From positions 1 through 60,353 of the forward strand of contig JBBDYC010000009.1 of NCBI GenBank assembly GCA_040901985.1: DNA of 60,353 nt, written 5' to 3'. The notes under the pieces are model-generated. The model searched no databases. It was not told the origin of the DNA and saw only the letters and a program-made list of their open reading frames with translations. The stretch comes from Gemmatimonadaceae bacterium. GTDB taxonomy: Bacteria > Gemmatimonadota > Gemmatimonadetes > Gemmatimonadales > Gemmatimonadaceae. Positions 28,416 through 38,769 of the stretch are shown one piece after another. How positions within the stretch are numbered: position 1 is the first letter of the stretch; each line of letters begins with the position of its first letter. Made by a program: the position numbers and the translations under genes.

Positions 28416-30013
28416 GAGTTCCTCAGCACCACCACCGCTTGATCGTCGTGCGCCGGCGTGCGCCCCATATGTCCCTCGACCAAGGCGAAGACCCCGTCCA
28501 CGATCCGCGACGGCACTTCCTTGCGGCGCGCCTTGAGCACCTCGAGCACGGCGGCCTCCCCGAGCGCCTTGCCGCGCGCGTTCCGGGCGTCGCTCACGCC
28601 GTCGGTGAAGAGGACGAGCAGGTCCCCCGCCGGATCCCAGGCGCGCGACTGCACGTGGAACTCGTCGGGCCCGAGGCCGAGCGGCGGATCCGTCGCGTCG
28701 AGCCGCGCCATCGCCCCGTCCTTGCCGAACACGAACGCGTGCGGATGGCCGGTATTCGTCCACCGCACCGTCCGCGCCTCGCGGTCCACCACCGCGTAGC
28801 AGAGGGACAGGTACATCTCCGTCTCGCGCAGTTCCTCCTCGAGGGTCGCGAGGAGCGCCGCCATCATCTCCGCCGGGTCGGCGGTCGTCTGCGAGTGGAT
28901 CGCCGTCGCGCTCATCACGAGCGCCATGATCAGCGCGGCGCGATACCCGTGGCTCGACACATCGCCCACCAACACGCCGGTGCGGCCGCCGCCGAGTCGG
29001 AAAAGATTATAGAAGTCGCCCCCCACGCCCTCCGCCGGCTCCACGCGCACCGCGCAGAGCGCCTCCGGCGCCACCACCCCGCCCGACGGGAGGAGCTTCA
29101 TCTGGAGGTCGTGGGCGAGCCGCATCTCCGAGGCCAGCCGCTCCTGGTCAATGCTCGCCCGCACCAGGCGGGCGTTCTGGATGGCCGTGCCGATCTGCGA
29201 CCCCACCGCGGCGACGAGCTTCTCGTCCCCCGCGCTGAACCCCTCGCCGCTACGCCGCCCGGAGAGACTCACCACGCCGAGCGGGATCCCGCCCTCGGGC
29301 GTCGTCCAGACGATCGGTACCGAAAGCATCGCGCCGCTGCGGAACGACGCCTCGAACTCGCTCTCCAGCACGCCCGCGTTCACCAGCAGCGCGTGGCGCG
29401 TACGGAACACGCGCGCCGATACGCTCACCGGGTCGTCAATCGGGATCGGCACCGGCTCGCTCGCCCCGGCGCTGCGGAGCGTCGTCACCGGCCGCAGCAG
29501 GCCGGCGCCGGCGTCGTGCACGAGGAGCGCGCCGTAATCCGCACCGACGGTGTCGGACACCTCGCGCAGGATCGTCCGCGCCGCGTCCTCCAGCGTCACC
29601 GTCCGCCCGAGGATCTCGCTGATCGAGTAGAGGAGGTTGATCTCCTCGTAACGCTCCAGCAGCTCGTCGGCAGCGTGGCTCGTCTCCCACTGGCTCTGCA
29701 GCATCTGGGAGAGCATCGGGACGAGCACGCCCATCCAGCGGCGCGGCGACGCATCGTCGTCGGCCACCGGCCCGAGGCCGAGCCAGGCGCGCGTGCGGCC
29801 CGGCACGCGCATCACCAGCTGCCGGCCGAGCGCCGTCTCGCGAACGGTCGGCTCGCTCCCCTCGATGCGCCCGAACTGCTCGGGCGGCGTGATGTCGCCG
29901 CCCGACGTCGCCGCCACCTCGAGCGGCGCGCCGGCGGCCGCCTGCGTCCAGAGCACCGCGCCGCAGCCGTAGCCGTCGGTGAAGGCGCCGAGGACCCGCG
30001 CGAGGTCGCTCAC
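28412..30013 (-). CDS. GAF + SpoIIE/PP2C phosphatase (RsbU-like)
   Basis: VGGDFYN, VGDVSSHG, LFTDGV, DDQ; central GAF domain. Confidence 0.9.
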   Translation of the reverse strand: MSDLARVLGAFTDGYGCGAVLWTQAAAGAPLEVAATSGGDITPPEQFGRIEGSEPTVRETALGRQLVMRVPGRTRAWLGLGPVADDDASPRRWMGVLVPMLSQMLQSQWETSHAADELLERYEEINLLYSISEILGRTVTLEDAARTILREVSDTVGADYGALLVHDAGAGLLRPVTTLRSAGASEPVPIPIDDPVSVSARVFRTRHALLVNAGVLESEFEASFRSGAMLSVPIVWTTPEGGIPLGVVSLSGRRSGEGFSAGDEKLVAAVGSQIGTAIQNARLVRASIDQERLASEMRLAHDLQMKLLPSGGVVAPEALCAVRVEPAEGVGGDFYNLFRLGGGRTGVLVGDVSSHGYRAALIMALVMSATAIHSQTTADPAEMMAALLATLEEELRETEMYLSLCYAVVDREARTVRWTNTGHPHAFVFGKDGAMARLDATDPPLGLGPDEFHVQSRAWDPAGDLLVLFTDGVSDARNARGKALGEAAVLEVLKARRKEVPSRIVDGVFALVEGHMGRTPAHDDQAVVVLRNS

Positions 30014-30023
30014 GCGAGGGCGC

Positions 30024-30443
30024 TCACCGGCGGATCAGCGTGAGCCGCACCACGTTCCCCGAGCCGCGGAACCGCTCCACCCGGTCCATCAGCGCCTGCA
30101 TCAGGTAGAGCCCGCGCCCGTCCTCGCGCTCGAGATTCTCGGCGGTCGTTGGATCACTCGTGCATTCCGCGAGGTCGAACCCCCCGCCCTCGTCCTCCAC
30201 CTCGAGGACCACCTGGCCGTCCACGAACTCGGCGCGGATCCGCACTTCCTTGCCGCCGCCCTCGCCATTGCCGCGGAGGATCGCGTTGCTCAGCGCCTCG
30301 GTGAGCGCCACGGGGACGTTCAGCGTCAGCTGCCGGCCGGCAAACCGGTGCTCGGCGCAGCGACGGACCACCTGCGCGACGATCCCCTCGATGTGCTGGA
30401 CGTCGCTCGGGATGCGGAGGTCGAGGACGCCGGGCGCGGCCAT
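30024..30443 (-). CDS. Anti-sigma factor kinase (RsbW-like)
   Basis: EALSNAI, DEGGGFD, GRGLYLM. Confidence 0.88.
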   Translation of the reverse strand: MAAPGVLDLRIPSDVQHIEGIVAQVVRRCAEHRFAGRQLTLNVPVALTEALSNAILRGNGEGGGKEVRIRAEFVDGQVVLEVEDEGGGFDLAECTSDPTTAENLEREDGRGLYLMQALMDRVERFRGSGNVVRLTLIRR

Positions 30444-30776
30444 TTAGAACGTCTCGAGGGCGCGCTCGCGGGTGTCGGCAATCTGGAACAGGGTGTCGAG
30501 CTTCGTCAGCTCGAAGAGCGTCTGCAGGTCGTCGTTCAGGTTGGCGAGCCGGAGGTCGCCGCCCAGCTCGCGCAGCCGCTTGGCCAGCGAGACGAGCACG
30601 CCGAGGCCGGAGCTGTCTATGTAGCCGGTCTTCCCGAAGTCCACGAGGATCTTCCGCGCCCCCGCCTCGGCCTCGTCGAGCACCCGCTGCTTGAGCTCCT
30701 GCCGGTTGCTGACGATGAGTTGTCCTTCGATCTCGATGACGACGACTTCGCGCTGGTGCGAGACAGTGAGGCTCAT
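30444..30776 (-). CDS. STAS anti-anti-sigma factor (RsbV-like)
   Basis: YIDSSGLGVL, FELTKLD. Confidence 0.92.
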   Translation of the reverse strand: MSLTVSHQREVVVIEIEGQLIVSNRQELKQRVLDEAEAGARKILVDFGKTGYIDSSGLGVLVSLAKRLRELGGDLRLANLNDDLQTLFELTKLDTLFQIADTRERALETF

Positions 30777-31303
30777 TTCTGCTTGCTCGGGCCGGGGTGC
30801 GTTCGTCCTTCAGGGAAAGATGCAGGCGGGAACTTGGCGCGCAACGCCGCCGCCACGCTCGGATGGACCAGCGCGTCAATGTCGCCGCCGAACCGCGCCA
30901 CCTCCCGCACCAGCGACGCGCTCAGGTAGCTCACCTCGAGCGAGGGCACCATGAACATCGTCTCCAGCGACGGCGCGAGGTGCCGATTCATCAACGCCAT
31001 CTGGTACTCGTACTCGAAGTCGGCCACCGCGCGCAGCCCGCGGAGGACCACCTTCACCCCCACCTCCTGCGCGAACTTGACCATCAGTCCGCGAAAGGCG
31101 CGCACCTCCACCCGCGGGTCGTTGTCGAGCGCCGCCCGGATCAGCGCCACGCGCTCCTCCTCGCTGAAGAGCGGTCGCTTCGAGACGTTGATGGCGACGC
31201 CGACGACCAGCCGGTCCACGAACTGGAGCGAGCGGCGGATGAGGTCGGTGTGCCCGTTCGTGATGGGGTCGAAACTCCCCGCGTACAGCGCAGCCTTCGG
31301 CAT
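30773..31303 (-). CDS. coaD: Phosphopantetheine adenylyltransferase
   Basis: YAGSFDPITNGH, RGLRAVADFEYE. Confidence 0.97.
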   Translation of the reverse strand: MPKAALYAGSFDPITNGHTDLIRRSLQFVDRLVVGVAINVSKRPLFSEEERVALIRAALDNDPRVEVRAFRGLMVKFAQEVGVKVVLRGLRAVADFEYEYQMALMNRHLAPSLETMFMVPSLEVSYLSASLVREVARFGGDIDALVHPSVAAALRAKFPPASFPEGRTHPGPSKQK

Positions 31304-31305
31304 CG

Positions 31306-31866
31306 TCAGGTGGGCAGGCGGTAAAAGGTCAACGTCGTGTCGCCGTAGGCGCGCCGCTCGGCGGTCGCGGTGCCGCCGGCGGCCGGTGCGGGTAGCGTGA
31401 GGGCGGTCTCGTGCTCCACGCCAAAGATCGTCGCGAACGGCGCGCGGAGCCAGCGCTCGGCCAGCGCCAGCGCCACCCCCTCCCGGTAGGGCGGGTCGGC
31501 AAAGGCCACGTCCCACGGGGCGTCGGCCCCCTCCGGCGCCCGCTCCCCGACGAAGCCGAGCGCATCGCGACGGTGCACGGCCGCCCGCGCCCCGGCGCCA
31601 AGCGTCGCCAGGTTTGCCTCCAGCGTCCGGAGCACCGTCGGCGACTGTTCCACGAAGTCACAATGCGCCGCGCCGCGGGAGAGCGCCTCGAGCCCGAGCG
31701 CGCCCGTCCCCGCACAGAGGTCCACCACCCGCGCCCCGTCGAGCGCCGGCCGGACGATGCTCAGCCACGCCTCGCGCACCCGGTCCGCGGTCGGACGCAC
31801 CGCGCCGGCCGGCACGGCAATCCGGCGGCCCCGCCACTCGCCGGCGACAATCCGCACCTCAGGCAT
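31306..31866 (-). CDS. rsmD: 16S rRNA m2G966 methyltransferase
   Basis: RIVAGEWRGR, RPTADRVRE, LEALSRGA, DPPY. Confidence 0.93.
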   Translation of the reverse strand: MPEVRIVAGEWRGRRIAVPAGAVRPTADRVREAWLSIVRPALDGARVVDLCAGTGALGLEALSRGAAHCDFVEQSPTVLRTLEANLATLGAGARAAVHRRDALGFVGERAPEGADAPWDVAFADPPYREGVALALAERWLRAPFATIFGVEHETALTLPAPAAGGTATAERRAYGDTTLTFYRLPT

Positions 31867-33613
31867 CGGTCGGCCGCACGTCGAGCAGCGTCGCCTGAAG
31901 GGTCCGCTTACCCTGGTACTCGTTCATCTCCAGCTTGTAGGCGATGTCGAACCGACGCTCGCCGGCCAGTTCGGCGGCCCGCGGCGCCAGCGACCACCCG
32001 ACGGCCTCGAGCGTCCCGCCCGCCGTCACCAGCCGGACCTTCAATCCCTCCGGCCCGACCCGCCGCGCGCCGCCGGCGAGACTCACCCCGCGCGACACGA
32101 GCACCGGGCCCGGATTCCCCACGCCGAACGGCTCGAGATGCCGCAGCGCCCGTTCGAACGCCTCGTCGGCCTCGTCAATCGGCAGCTCGAGGTCGGTCCG
32201 CAACTCCGGCACGAGGTCGTCCGGCGTCAGCCGCTCGCTGGCGATCCGGTTGAAGCGCTCGCCGAACGCCGGGATCTGCGCCACGTCAATCGTCAGCCCC
32301 GCCGCCGCACGGTGCCCGCCGTGCTTGGTCAACAGGTCGGCGCAGCCCCCGAGCGCCGCGTGCAGGTCGAACTTCGGGATGGACCGTCCCGACCCCTTCC
32401 CGACCCCATCGTTCACCGCAATCAGCATCGTCGGGCGGTTGGTCAGCTCGACGACCCGCGACGCGACGATGCCAATCACGCCGGCGTGCCACGCCGGCGA
32501 GTGGAGCACGATCCCGTACGTCGCGTCGAGGTCCAGTGCCTCCACGGCGCGGCGGGCCTCGTCGAGGATTTTCCGGTCCATCACCTGGCGTCGCTCGTTC
32601 AGTTCCTCGCACTCACGGGCGATCGCGTTGGCCGTCGCCGCGTCGTCGGCGAGCAGCAACTCCACACCGCGGAGCGCCGAGCCGAGCCGACCGAGCGCGT
32701 TGAGGCGCGGCGCCAGGGTGTATCCGAGCCGGCCCGCGGTGAGCCGCTTCTCGTCCGTGCGCGACGCGCGGATCAGCGCCCGCAGGCCGGCGCTCGGCGC
32801 CTCGCCCATCCGCCGCAACCCCTCCGTCACGAGGATCCGGTTGTCGCCGGTGAGCGGCGCGACGTCGGCCACCGTGGCGAGCGCGACGAGCGGAAGTTCC
32901 GCCAGCACGATCTTCTCGTCGCCGCCGAGCGCGCGGGTCACGGCCAGCGCGAGCTTCCAGGCGACGCCGACCGCCGCGAGGTGGCGGTCGCGCCCCTCGC
33001 GAGATTCGCACTGCGGGTTCACCACGGCAAAGGCCACCGGGAGCGCCGCGCCCGGCCGGTGATGGTCGCTGATGATCAGGTCCACGCCCATCGCCGCGAG
33101 CGCCGCCGCCGGCGCGACCGCCGTCGTACCGCAATCGCAGGTGAGCACCACCCGTGCGCCCGACGCGCGCGCCGCCTCCACCCCCGCCGCGCCAAGGTCG
33201 TAGCCGTCGCGCAGCCGGTCGGGGATGAACGGCACCACGTCGCCACCCTGCGCGCGGAGGACGCGCGTCATCAGCGCCGTGGAGCAGATGCCGTCCACGT
33301 CGTAATCGCCGTGCACGAGGATCCGTTCGCCGTGCCGGACCGCCGCCGCGAGGCGCTCCGCGGCGCGCGGCAGGTCGGCCATCGCCTCCGGCGGCTCCAG
33401 GCGGTCGAGCGCCGTGCGGAAGAAGCGCTCGGCCTCCTCGACGTCGCGCACGCCGCGCGCCGCGAGCAGCCGGAAAAAGGCGCTGGGCGCGGCCGCTCGG
33501 CTCGCGAGGTCCGCCTTGGCGCGCGACGCCGCCTCGAGCGAGCGCGCGACCTCCGGCGGGACCGCCGGCGCCGGTAGCCAGCGCGCCGGGGCGCGCGATC
33601 GGAAACCGCTCAC
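31859..33613 (-). CDS. recJ: ssDNA exonuclease RecJ
   Basis: GDYDVDG, TCDCG, SDHH, ATVADVAPL, GGHRAAAG, PFGVGNP. Confidence 0.96.
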   Translation of the reverse strand: MSGFRSRAPARWLPAPAVPPEVARSLEAASRAKADLASRAAAPSAFFRLLAARGVRDVEEAERFFRTALDRLEPPEAMADLPRAAERLAAAVRHGERILVHGDYDVDGICSTALMTRVLRAQGGDVVPFIPDRLRDGYDLGAAGVEAARASGARVVLTCDCGTTAVAPAAALAAMGVDLIISDHHRPGAALPVAFAVVNPQCESREGRDRHLAAVGVAWKLALAVTRALGGDEKIVLAELPLVALATVADVAPLTGDNRILVTEGLRRMGEAPSAGLRALIRASRTDEKRLTAGRLGYTLAPRLNALGRLGSALRGVELLLADDAATANAIARECEELNERRQVMDRKILDEARRAVEALDLDATYGIVLHSPAWHAGVIGIVASRVVELTNRPTMLIAVNDGVGKGSGRSIPKFDLHAALGGCADLLTKHGGHRAAAGLTIDVAQIPAFGERFNRIASERLTPDDLVPELRTDLELPIDEADEAFERALRHLEPFGVGNPGPVLVSRGVSLAGGARRVGPEGLKVRLVTAGGTLEAVGWSLAPRAAELAGERRFDIAYKLEMNEYQGKRTLQATLLDVRPTDA

Positions 33614-34311
33614 ACCGCGTGGTACATCAGGACGCCACAGACCTCACAGAGCTCGATCGTCGTGCCGGAGAGCATCAAGTGCCTCCGTTGCATCGGGATC
33701 GCGGTGTCGCAGGCGCCGCAGGAGAGCGAGTTGAGCGCGACCACCACGTGCACACGCTTCTTGTTGCGGATCCGGTCGTAGCGCGTTCGCAGCGCGTCGG
33801 GCACCGCCGCCGCCGACGCCTTCCGCTTTGCCATCGCCGCCGCGAGGTCGGCCTCCAGCGCCGCGCGTTCGGCCGCCACCTCGGTCCGCGCCGTCGCCTG
33901 CTCCTCCTCGCACGCCGCGAGTTCCGCCTTGGCCCCGTTCAGCACGCCGCGCAGCTCCTCCAGTCGCCGGTTGAGCGCCAGCAGGTCGCTCTCCTCCCCG
34001 GCCACGATCTTCTTGGCCTGCTCCATCTGCGATGCCGCCGCCGTCGCCTGGCGCATCGTCTTCACGGCGTCGAGCTGCGCCTGGTTGCGCTCAATCAGCC
34101 CCCGATGCTCGGCAATCTTGTCGCGGAGAAAGGCCTGCTTCTTCTCCTCGGCCTCCACGAGCGCGCCCTGCCGGCCGATCGTTGCCTCGATCCGCTGCTT
34201 GCGCGCGTCGAGTTCGGCGATGCGCGGGGCGAGCTGCGCGAGCTTGGCTTCGATCTCGTGGATCGCGAGGTCGTCGTCCTGGAGGGCAAGAAGTGCGGTG
34301 ATCTCAGACAT
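33610..34311 (-). CDS. Coiled-coil protein with C4 zinc ribbon (DUF164 type)
   Basis: LLALQDDD start, coiled coil, CGAC..CEVC. Confidence 0.85.
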   Translation of the reverse strand: MSEITALLALQDDDLAIHEIEAKLAQLAPRIAELDARKQRIEATIGRQGALVEAEEKKQAFLRDKIAEHRGLIERNQAQLDAVKTMRQATAAASQMEQAKKIVAGEESDLLALNRRLEELRGVLNGAKAELAACEEEQATARTEVAAERAALEADLAAAMAKRKASAAAVPDALRTRYDRIRNKKRVHVVVALNSLSCGACDTAIPMQRRHLMLSGTTIELCEVCGVLMYHAV

Positions 34312-34390
34312 TGGATACAAGTGGAAAGGAGAAAGGAGAAAGGGAAAAGGTGAACGGCACGGCGACCGCCGGCGCATCGTTGCCGCGCAG

Positions 34391-36292
34391 CTAGCGTCGT
34401 TTCCGCACACTCCCCCAGTGTTGGACACCGAGCGAGCGTTTTTCATCCGTCAGGTGCTTGATCCGGACGTTGATCCGGTCCTTCTCGTCCGGCTCGGCCA
34501 GCGGGAGAATGGACTGCAGCGTGCCGATCGTCGCGTCGAGCGAGCGGCCGCGCAGTTGCCGCACGGCGTCGGCGATGCTCTTGCGGGCGTCCACCACGGC
34601 GTCCTTCTCGCCGCGTAGCTCCTCGTACACGCGGACGGCAATCGGGTCGAGACCCTCCGCCATCACCTCGGGGGACGCGTCCGCGCCGTGGCGCTGGATC
34701 GCCTCGTAGATCGCCCGGAACACCTCGTCGCGCAGTACGCCGGTCGCATCATCCTCGAAGGCCTCGGCGGCGGCGCTCTCCCCGGGAAGTTCGTCGGCCT
34801 CGATCTTGCCGAGTTCCTCGAAGATCTGGTCCTGCCAGATGGGCTGCGTCAACAGCACCCGGATCAGCGTTTGCTCTGCATTCCCCTGCTCTACGCGCGA
34901 TCGGTAGGGACCGCTCATCCCCGCGGCGGCGTCGCGCCCTGCGGGAGACCCCACCGCCACCTCCGCCGCCGCGGCCGCCGGCGTCGCCGCGCGTGTGCCC
35001 GAGCGCGGCGTGCGCCGCATCGCGTGGAGCTCCTGCAGCAACACCTCGCGCGCGATCCCCGCCGCGTCGGCGGCGCGCGCGAGATACAGGTCCCGCGTGA
35101 TCGGGTCGCTCGCCGCGCGGATCGTCGGCAGCAGCCGGTCGAGCGCGCGTCGCTTGTGCTGCAGGTCGGCAAACCACCCCGCGCGCTCGAGCAGCTGCAC
35201 CTTCCGGTCGAACACGTCCATCGCCTGCCCCACCAGCTGCTCCACCGCCGCGCGCCCCTGCGTCCGCGTGAACGTGTCGGGGTCCTCGCCCTCGGGGAGC
35301 GTGACGACGCGGACTTCCAGCCCCTTTGCCAACAGGACGTCGGCGGCGCGGAAGGTCGCCTTCTGGCCCGCCGCGTCGGAGTCGTAGAGCAACACCACCT
35401 GCTTGGTGAAGCGCGTCAGCAACTCTGCCTGAGCGTCGGTCAGCGCGGTTCCCATCGGCGCCACCACGTGCTCGATCCCCGCGTCCACGAGCCGCAGGGC
35501 GTCGAAGTACCCCTCGACGACCAGCGCCCGTTCCTCGCGCCGGATGGGGTGGCGCGCGCTCGAGAGGTTGTACAGCAGGCGCCCCTTGGAGAAGATCTCC
35601 GATTCGGCCGAGTTGAGATACTTCGGTTCGCCCGGCCCGAGCAGTCGCCCGCCGAACCCCACGGTGTGCCCGCCCTGGTCCACGATCGGGAAGATCAACC
35701 GGTCGCGGAACCGCGGCCGCAACTCGTCGGCGTCCTCGCGCTGCACGAGCAGGCCCGCCGCGAGCAACCGCGCGTCGTCCAGGCCGAGGCCGTTGAGGTG
35801 CGCGCGCATCGCGCCGGGGTCGCGCGGCGCGAAGCCGATCCCGAACCGCTCGGCCGTCGGCCGGCCGACTGCGCGCTCGGCGAGATAGTCGCGCGCCGGC
35901 GCGCCGGCCGGCGTGTCCCAGAGCGTCCGCTGGAAGAACTCGGCCACTGTCGCCTGCAACTCCCAGAGCGGCTCGCGCGGGTCGGGACCCTCGCGGCGGC
36001 GGTCCACCTCCTTCACCTCCACCCCTGCCTTCTCGCCGACGTACTTCACCGCCTCGGCGAAGCTCATCCCGAGCCGCTTCTGGACGAACGTGAAGACCGA
36101 CCCCTTCTCGCCGCAGACGAAGCAGGTGTAGCCGCCGCGCGGCATCACCGAGAAGTTCGCGTTCGTCCCCTGATGGAACGGACAGGGCCCACGCCACACC
36201 GCGCCCACCTTCTTGAGCTTCACGTGCTCGCCGATGATGGCGACGATGTCGGCCTGCTGCGCGACCTGCTCGACAATCTCGTCGGGGATCAC
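34391..36292 (-). CDS. dnaG: DNA primase
   Basis: CPFH..CFVC, RFRDRLIFP, PKYLNS, VEGYFD, YDSDAAG, DPD; GTG 36292. Confidence 0.97.
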   Translation of the reverse strand: MIPDEIVEQVAQQADIVAIIGEHVKLKKVGAVWRGPCPFHQGTNANFSVMPRGGYTCFVCGEKGSVFTFVQKRLGMSFAEAVKYVGEKAGVEVKEVDRRREGPDPREPLWELQATVAEFFQRTLWDTPAGAPARDYLAERAVGRPTAERFGIGFAPRDPGAMRAHLNGLGLDDARLLAAGLLVQREDADELRPRFRDRLIFPIVDQGGHTVGFGGRLLGPGEPKYLNSAESEIFSKGRLLYNLSSARHPIRREERALVVEGYFDALRLVDAGIEHVVAPMGTALTDAQAELLTRFTKQVVLLYDSDAAGQKATFRAADVLLAKGLEVRVVTLPEGEDPDTFTRTQGRAAVEQLVGQAMDVFDRKVQLLERAGWFADLQHKRRALDRLLPTIRAASDPITRDLYLARAADAAGIAREVLLQELHAMRRTPRSGTRAATPAAAAAEVAVGSPAGRDAAAGMSGPYRSRVEQGNAEQTLIRVLLTQPIWQDQIFEELGKIEADELPGESAAAEAFEDDATGVLRDEVFRAIYEAIQRHGADASPEVMAEGLDPIAVRVYEELRGEKDAVVDARKSIADAVRQLRGRSLDATIGTLQSILPLAEPDEKDRINVRIKHLTDEKRSLGVQHWGSVRKRR

Positions 36293-38769
36293 GCGAGTTC
36301 CACCATCGTCACGCCGGCGCCCCCTTCGTTCCAGGCGCCGAGCCGGAAGCCCTTCACGCGGCGGTCGCGCCGGAGCAGCTCGCTGACGCGGTCGCGGAGC
36401 GCCCCCGTGCCCTTGCCGTGGATGATCCGCAACCCGCCAAGGTCGGCGCGCACGGCATCGTCGAGCGCGGCGACGATGGCCTCGTCCACCTCGTGCACAC
36501 GGAGGCCGCGCACGTCCACTTCCGTGCGGGCCGACACGTCCGGAAGGGCGCCGCTGACGAGCGCGAGTGGCGCCGGCGAGTCGCCGCGCCCCACCGGCGT
36601 GCCGCGCTCCGCACGCAGCTGCCGCGGCGAGACCCGGCGCAACGTCGCCACCGGCACGGTGAGCTTGAGCGAGCCGACCGCCACCACCGCGTCGTCGCCA
36701 CGGCGCTCCACGAGCCGGCCGGTCTTGCCGCCGAGGGTCGCGACCTCCACCGCGTCGCCGATCGCGAGCGGCGCGCCCAGGGCGTCGGTTGGCGAGAGCA
36801 CCCACCCCTCGCGCGACGCCGCCTCCACCGCGTCGAGCGCCTCCAGCGCGGCACGCTCATCGGCCGCCCGCTGCTCGAGGGCCCGCCGCGCCTCGGCGGC
36901 CGACCCCTCGATTGCATCCGCCCCAGCCGCCTTCAGCTCGCGGATCGTCCGCTCCACCTCCTGCCGCGCCTCGAGGAGATAGCGCCGCGCGTCGGCCCGC
37001 GCGCCCCGTTCCACCGTGCGCTCCCGCTCCTGCACAGCACGCTCCCGCTCCGCGAGCGCGTCGGCGCGCGACGCCGACGCCTCGCGCTCCGCCGCCACCT
37101 CCCGCTCGCGCTCCGCCAGCGCCGCCGCCCGCGCCTCGACGTCGGCCAGCAGCGCGCCCAGGTCGCGCTCCATCCGCGGCACCCGCTCCTCCGCCCGCGC
37201 GAGCACGGCGTCCGACATCCGCAGGCGCCGTGCGATCGCCAGTCCGTACGACCGCCCCGGAATGCCCTTCACCAGGCGGTAGGTCGGGGCGAGCGCCTCG
37301 GCGTCGAACTGCAGCGACGCGTTGACCACGCCGCGCGTCTCGCCGGCCAGTTCCTTGAGCGCGCCGAGGTGCGTGGTCGCGATCGTCGTCGTGCCGCGCG
37401 CGGTGAGCGCCTCGAGGATCGCCCCCCCGAGTGCCGCGCCTTCCATCGGGTCGGTGCCCGAGCCGAGTTCGTCAATCAGCACCAGCGCATCGCTCGACGC
37501 GCGCTCGATGATCTCGGTGAGGTGCCTGAGGTGCGCCGAGAAGGTCGAGAGCGAGGCCTCGAGACTCTGCTCGTCGCCGATGTCGGCAAAGACGTCGTCG
37601 AAGCAGGGCAGCGTGCTCTCCGGCCCCACCGGCGCCGGGATCCCGCTCTGCGCCATCAGCGCAATCAGCGCCAGCGCCTTGAGCAGCACCGTCTTGCCGC
37701 CGGTGTTGGGCCCCGAGACGAGGAGCGTCCGTTCGGCCGCCGACATCTCAAGGGCAAACGGCACCACCGCCACGCCCTGGGCAAGGAGCAACGGGTGCCG
37801 GCCCTCGCGCACGTGGAAGCCGTCGCGCGCGGCCACGAGCGTGGCGGCGGCGCAGCCGGCAGCGCGCGCGTAACGCGCGCGGCCGTAGAGCGAGTCCAGG
37901 TCGACGAGCGCGTCCCACGCGTCGGCCAGCGCCTCGCGGTCGGGGCGCAACACGTCCGTGACCTCGAGCAGGATCCGCTCGCACTCGACCATCTCCTCGG
38001 CTTCCAGCTCGCGAATGCGGTTCCCCGCCTCCACGGCCGCCGGCGGCTCGACGAACAGCGTCTGCCCCGACTGCGACGTGTCGTGGACGATCCCGCCGAG
38101 GGCGGCGCGGCCCTCGCGCCGCACGGGGATGACGTAGCGGCCGTTCCGGAGCGTCACCGACGCGTCGTCCACCCGGTGATTCGCGTCGAGCTTGGCCATC
38201 ACGCGGTCGAGGAGCTTCACGAGCTCGCCCTCGGCGCCGCGGAGTTCCTTGCGGAGCCGTCGCAGCGCCGGCGAGGCGTCGTCGCGCAACTCGCCCTCGT
38301 CGTTCACCACGCGGTCGAGCCGCTGTTCGACCTCCGGGCGCGACACCAGGCGGTCGGCGAGCGCGGCGAGCGGCGCGCGCGCCATCGCGGGGCGGGCCTC
38401 GTCGCGCAGCGCTGCCTGCGTGCGGCGTGACGAGACGAGGAGGACGATCGCGCTGCGCAGTTCCTTGCCCGTCCACGCCGCGCCGAGCACCTTGAGGCGG
38501 GCAAAGGCGTCGCCCAGCTCGGGAATCGCCTCGGAGCGCCAACCCGCCTCGGCCTCCACCAGCGTGCGCATCGCCGTCACGCGCGCGTGCTCGGCGTGGA
38601 GCGCCGCGAGCGCGTCGCTCCGCTCCGCGGGCGACCCCCAGACGGCCAACGGGCGCAGCACGCGAATGCGCGCTGCGCCCGGTGTGCTTCCGGCGTGTCC
38701 GGCGACGTGGTCGAGCAGTCGCGCGAACTCGAGGACCTCGAGGGCGTGCAAAAAACGCTGCGACGTCAC
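36289..38769 (-). CDS. mutS2: MutS2 family protein with Smr domain
   Basis: SGPNTGGKT, IGDEQSLEASLSTFS, DELGSGTDP, IIHGKGTGALR. Confidence 0.96.
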   Translation of the reverse strand: MTSQRFLHALEVLEFARLLDHVAGHAGSTPGAARIRVLRPLAVWGSPAERSDALAALHAEHARVTAMRTLVEAEAGWRSEAIPELGDAFARLKVLGAAWTGKELRSAIVLLVSSRRTQAALRDEARPAMARAPLAALADRLVSRPEVEQRLDRVVNDEGELRDDASPALRRLRKELRGAEGELVKLLDRVMAKLDANHRVDDASVTLRNGRYVIPVRREGRAALGGIVHDTSQSGQTLFVEPPAAVEAGNRIRELEAEEMVECERILLEVTDVLRPDREALADAWDALVDLDSLYGRARYARAAGCAAATLVAARDGFHVREGRHPLLLAQGVAVVPFALEMSAAERTLLVSGPNTGGKTVLLKALALIALMAQSGIPAPVGPESTLPCFDDVFADIGDEQSLEASLSTFSAHLRHLTEIIERASSDALVLIDELGSGTDPMEGAALGGAILEALTARGTTTIATTHLGALKELAGETRGVVNASLQFDAEALAPTYRLVKGIPGRSYGLAIARRLRMSDAVLARAEERVPRMERDLGALLADVEARAAALAEREREVAAEREASASRADALAERERAVQERERTVERGARADARRYLLEARQEVERTIRELKAAGADAIEGSAAEARRALEQRAADERAALEALDAVEAASREGWVLSPTDALGAPLAIGDAVEVATLGGKTGRLVERRGDDAVVAVGSLKLTVPVATLRRVSPRQLRAERGTPVGRGDSPAPLALVSGALPDVSARTEVDVRGLRVHEVDEAIVAALDDAVRADLGGLRIIHGKGTGALRDRVSELLRRDRRVKGFRLGAWNEGGAGVTMVELA

